The position numbers and the translations under genes are program-made. Below are positions 59,001-64,000 of a DNA stretch of 64,000 nucleotides, piece after piece. The DNA comes from Calcarisporiella thermophila CBS 279.70. Lineage: Eukaryota; Fungi; Calcarisporiellomycota. The stretch is taken from positions 985,823 to 1,049,822 of the forward strand of contig NW_027192196.1 in the NCBI RefSeq assembly GCF_041956535.1, given 5' to 3'. The notes below the pieces were generated by a model that was given only the letters and a program-made list of their open reading frames with translations, did no database searches and was not told where the DNA came from. Each line of letters opens with the position of its first letter. Within the stretch, counting starts at the first letter, position 1.

Positions 59001-62000
59001 GTAGACCTGCCAGTGGAAGAATTGCTGAAGCGATACAACTACGGTGCAGAGTTGGAGGCAAGCGATGCTTCTGGTGAGCTGGAATTAGATGATGGTGGTT
59101 CTGACGGCGAAGAAGTCTCGCTCTCAGAGGTATTATCCACGGACGATAAGTTGGTGGAGCCAGCTACAGGAGAAGAAGAGGCGGAGACTCCAGCCGAAAT
59201 CCTTGAGCCACCCGCGCAGCCACTTGGCCCTGATGCTCAAGATGCCGAACCCAGTGCTGAAAAGGCAACTCCTCGAGTCTGGACCCCTCTAAGCGAGAGG
59301 CTATTATCGCCGGCTGCTGCCTTGTCGGAGCAAAACGAGGCGGACGACTCGGATCGCACTGAAACCGACTGGGGCGATGGGGATAAGGCTTCGCTGGCCG
59401 ATGTGGATATCGATGAGGACAAGGAGTCTATTGTGTCGGCCCGACGAAGCAGAGTAGTGGAGCCCGTGGATAAAAGCTCCCCTAGTGTGGGAGGAGACAG
59501 AGCCCTGGTACAAGCCCCCACGGGAACCACGCTCTCCACCGCTAGCGTCAAGACGAAAGTGCCGTTTTTACTCCGTGGGACTCTGCGTGAATACCAACAT
59601 GTTGGCCTCGACTGGCTGGTCAGTTTGTACTCGGCAGGTATGAATGGGATTTTGGCGGACGAAATGGGTCTCGGAAAAAGTAAGCTCTCTGGAATTCAAT
59701 TAAGCATTGATATTTTTATTAAGTGGACACACTTATTTTTACAGCCATCCAAACAATCGCGCTTCTTGCGCACTTGGCGTGCGAAAAAGGCGTGTGGGGC
59801 CCACATCTGATCGTCGTGCCGACCAGTGTGATGCTAAACTGGGAGATGGAGTTTAAAAAGTGGTGTCCCGGCTTCAAGATCCTCACGTACTACGGCAACC
59901 CGAAAGAGCGCAAGGAGAAAAGGGTGGGCTGGTCGAAAGAGAACACCTTTCACGTATGCATCACGTCGTATCAGCTAGTCCTGCACGACCAGAGCGTCTT
60001 CCGGCGGAAGCAGTGGCACTACCTGATCCTCGATGAAGCACACAACATCAAAAACTTCCGCTCGCAGCGTTGGCAGGTGCTCCTGAACTTCAACTCGCGC
60101 CGCCGCCTGCTGCTCACCGGCACACCGCTGCAGAACAACCTGGTGGAGCTCTGGTCGCTCCTCTATTTCCTCATGCCCAACGGCGTCACCGCGGGCATGC
60201 CGGTCGGGTTCGCAACCATGCGGGAGTTCCAGGAGTGGTTCTCGCACCCCATCGACCGCATGATAGAAAACAACGACGAGATGGACGAGGAGACGCGGTC
60301 GACGATCATTAAACTCCACACGGTGCTGCGGCCGTATCTGCTTCGGCGCCTCAAAATCGACGTGGAGAAGCAGCTTCCCGCCAAGTACGAGCACGTCGTC
60401 TACTGCCGGCTGTCGAAGCGCCAGCGCTTCCTCTACGACGACTTTCTATCGCGCGCCAAAACTCGCGAGACGCTGGCCTCGGGCAACTTCATGTCCATCA
60501 TCAACTGCTTGATGCAGCTACGCAAGGTCTGCAATCATCCCGATCTCTTTGAGGTCCGGCCGATCCTCACCTCCTTCGCGATGCAGCACCCGGTGTTCAA
60601 AGGCTATGAGCACATCGAGCGGCTCGTAAGGAAACGCCTATTGCGGCAATTCGATTTCGTGTGGGAGCGGCCGAACCTGGCCTCGCAGCAGTTGATTCTG
60701 ACGCTCTTGGAGCCCACCCTCTCCGCGGCGGCGGCCCTCGCGTACAACGAGCTCAGCACGGCCCCCCTTTTTAAGGAAGAGATAGCGCGCCACCCGGTCG
60801 CATCGGATGTCGGTACAATGGCGCTATCGGACTCCGCTCGCTACCACGATATCAAGGCCCATTCCCTGTGGCTGGCGGAGAGGTCGCGGCTGGCCACCAG
60901 GTTGCGATGGGAGCGCATGGAGCGATTGAGCAACATGCGCTGCAGCTATCGGCCTATCTACGGGGCAGGTCTAATCGACCTCTGTCGTCGGGTCGGTTCG
61001 AGGCAGGCCGGCCACCCGCCCGTCCTCGAAACCTTGTCGCTGGTGATACCCTATGAGGCGAGGGCGGAGGGGATGGACGAGCTTGTGAAGCAGTACGCCT
61101 TTGTGACCCCGCGTGTCGTCGCACGAACCTCGTCTCCGCTGCTCTCCTCCGGCGGCCTGTTGGACGCGCCCCCCCCGCCCGAGATGCTGATGGAGATGCG
61201 CTCTTGGCGGGATATCTTCCACACGTCCCGCTCACAGCTGCAGATTGCTTTCCCCGACAAGCGGCTCCTCCAGTACGACTGCGGGAAGCTGCAGAAGCTC
61301 GACCTCCTGCTGCGCGAGCTCAAGGCGGGCGACCACCGCGCGCTCATCTTCACGCAGATGACGCGCGTCCTCGACATCCTGGAAATCTTCCTCAACCTCC
61401 ACGGCCACCGGTATCTCCGCCTCGATGGTGCCACCAAGGTGGAACAGCGCCAGATTCTCACCGAGCGGTTCAACAACGACAAGCGCATTCTCTGCTTCAT
61501 CCTCTCCTCGAGATCGGGGGGGCTTGGCATCAATCTCACCGGGGCCGACACGGTCATCTTCTACGACTCCGACTGGAATCCATGCATGGACCGGCAGTGC
61601 CAGGTAAAAAAAAAAACAATCCTCATTTCCTTCGCGCCGATCCCGCCCCTCCTCTGACTCTGAGTGTCTTTTTTTTTCACTATTCGAAATAACAATAGGA
61701 TCGGTGCCACCGTATTGGGCAGACGCGTGACGTCCACATCTATCGGTTTGTTAGCGAGTTCACGATTGAGGAGAACATGCTGCGCAAGGCGAATCAGAAG
61801 CGGATGCTCGACAACGTGGTGATCACGGAGGGATCCTTCACGACCGAGTACTTCCAGAAGATGGACTGGCGCGACATGATTGATCCGGCAAGCCTCCCGC
61901 CGCTGAACAACGAGCCGCAGGCCGAGGGAAAAGAGGAGGCTGGCGGGCTCTCCGCCCTCGAGTACGAGCAGGCGTTGGCCGCGGCCGAGGACGAGGCGGA

Positions 62001-62292
62001 TGCCCAGGCGGCCCGGCTGGCGCGCACGGAGATGGACTTGGATGTGGAGGAGTTTGCGGAGGTGCCGGCGGCGGAGTCGGGGGGCGACCTCCCAGCGAAG
62101 CGGGCAATGGCCACCTCAGACACTTCGACCCCCGCGACGCCCGTCCCCGTGGTGACCCCGTTGGGAGACAAGGAGGAGGAGGAGGTGGAGGTGGAGGTGG
62201 AGGTGGAAGAGGAGGAGGCGCTGGACTCCATTGGGCACATCGAGGACTACATGTTCCGTTTCCTGGAGCGGGAGCTTGGGATGGTGCTCTAA
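56040..62292 (+). CDS. SWR1: SWR1 H2A.Z-depositing Snf2 ATPase (AT-hook, HSA, split ATPase; multi-exon)
   Basis: [11 protein letters not shown]-hook; HSA region; [54 protein letters not shown] and [17 protein letters not shown]. Confidence 0.97.
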
Positions 62293-62830
62293 CCGCGGCA
62301 TTGCGTCCCCCTCATGGGATGACGGCCCCTGCACGACCGTTTCTTTTCTCCTTTGATGATACTTTTTCCTTTTTGTTTGGTGTACAGAAAATATTGTTTT
62401 TTTTTCTCCTTTTCCTTGTATTTATTTTTGGGCCCTTTTTTTTTCTTTCTTTCTTTCTTCCACTCTTCTTTCGATATTAAAGATTAATTTACTTATCGCT
62501 TTGCATTTTTTTTCTTAATAATTTAGTACATCTTCACTCGTAGACAAAACCTAAAGACGACTACCCATGATCTCCGGATAGGAATCCATCACGCTGGGTA
62601 TGCTGGCCTGCGCCTGCAGTAGCTGCCGGCGGAGAAGGAACGAATCGCTTACAGAAAGAGCATTCACTATCATTTAACATTGCAGAATGGAAAAATAAAA
62701 AAAAAAAAAAAGAAGGGGAAAAAAACGCACAAAAACAAACATTAATAGAAATACATTAGATTAAGCTTGGAGGGAAATTGACACAGAAATGCATTGAGAG
62801 AGAATAGGGAGTTGCTTTTTTATGGTGTCC

Positions 62831-64000
62831 TCAAGTCGACTCTTGAGGCGATGGATATGCGTCCGATTTTGTCTCGTCTTTTTGCGACCAACTCTTCGGC
62901 TCGGCGGCCGGCCCCTTCGCTCCCGCGGTGGCCTCCGCCCCCGTCGCCTCGGTCCCCCCCTCCTCTCCCTCCTTCTCCTCCCGAGCAGCGGCATAGGAAA
63001 ACTTGAGCGGGAACTGCTCCCACTCGGGCCACAACTTGTCTAGCACGCCCCGCATCCACTTCACCAGCCCGCCCACCTGCTCCCATTGGATCACCGGACC
63101 AGCCGTCAGTGTCCCAACCAGCTTCGCCAGGTTGTGGACCGCCTCCTTCCGGAGCGGGGCGAAGTGCTCCGCGAGGTGGGCGTGGATCTGCGACGCCACC
63201 ACCACGGTGGCAAACATGCGCGAGAACTTGCACCAGGCGCCCTGGCGGGCGAGCTCCTGCAGCAGATCCACGATCTCTACCGCGCTCTTGCGGCACTCGC
63301 GCACGGCGATCTTGACCAGCTGCCTCATCAGCGGGGTGTCAGTGCGCGGGGACGGGTAAATCTTGAGAAACCGCAGCCAGAGCTGGCCCCAGAACGCAAA
63401 AAGTTGGCCGCGCACGATATATCCTCCCAGGGCGGCCCCTCGTTGATCCACCGGGAGCGCAGCGGGGTGTGGTATTGCTTGAAGACGACGGTCGCCCGCA
63501 TGAGGGAATCGAGGACCTCGGGGTCGGGGGAGGAAAGATCCACCTGAGGCAGCTCGAAGAGCTCCGAGAGTGCGCGCGCGTTCTCGACCACATAGCGCTG
63601 CAGGGGGGAGGGGGGAGAGAAAGAGAAACAGAAAGAGTCAGTCCAATGCCGTGGCGAAACCAGTGCAGCGCATACTGTACCATAGTGCGTTGGGAACCTT
63701 CGTCCTCGCTTGGCAATGGGATGGGGATGGCGGCGTTCTTGATGGCAGCGTAGTGGATGACTGGAGTTTTGACGCCGTACACCGCTAGGCACATATCTGC
63801 CAGGCACAGCCCCCACCTAAAGAGACAGGGTTAGAGCGGCAAGCAAAGAGGGCGGGGCTTCCCGTCGCCTCCCTCCCTCGGCTTAAAGGGCAACCCATTC
63901 TTACCAGATGCGCTTGTGTTTCTCCCGCTGCAGCGTGTTCTCCTTGTTCCCCTCCAGGTGCATGCCCAGCTCCTGAGCCATGCGGATGGCAAGCTCCAGG
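62831..64000 (-). CDS. Fungal-specific transcription factor domain protein, 5' end outside the window
   Basis: LELAIRMAQELGMH...REKHKRIWWGLCLAD after splicing. Introns at about 63904-63817 and 63680-63598. Confidence 0.8.

Noticed and set aside
1-64000. Selenocysteine/readthrough, altered genetic code, U12 introns, TPP riboswitch, tRNAs, snRNAs, transposons
   Set aside because: By eye: no in-frame TGA in conserved domains, CTG encodes conserved Leu, no RTATCCT donors at the junctions checked, and no diagnostic RNA or TE motifs. tRNAscan, Infernal and RepeatModeler would be needed to exclude them fully.

Overview
This is a eukaryotic, intron-rich fungal genomic window; an early-diverging lineage is inferred from gene content and short GT-AG introns, not proven. 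It holds about 24 protein-coding genes: AMD1, a small conserved-looking unknown protein, DPL1, a 97-aa orphan, MAM3/CNNM, an F-box protein, ERV2, a Pcl5/Pas1-type cyclin, CKS1, a secreted LPMO-fold-like protein, a Zn2Cys6 factor, a PH-domain protein, a TALE homeobox factor, VTA1, a TMX-like thioredoxin, La, SUMO, SEC31, RPL15, a CLC transporter, NIPSNAP, VNX1, SWR1 and a 5'-truncated fungal transcription factor. There is one 701-nt assembly gap. I found no tRNA, rRNA, CRISPR array, transposon or biosynthetic cluster, and no clear multi-gene novel system. The best leads are (1) a secreted LPMO-like protein lacking its copper histidine brace, (2) an RPL15 promoter pairing a Homol-D box with an animal-style TCT/5'TOP start, (3) a Pcl5-like cyclin with clustered Gcn4/CpcA sites, (4) a minimal form of an uncharacterised fungal motif protein, and (5) sharp GC3/intron-density domains. 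Exon boundaries were read by eye, and family assignments come from motif recognition rather than database searches.
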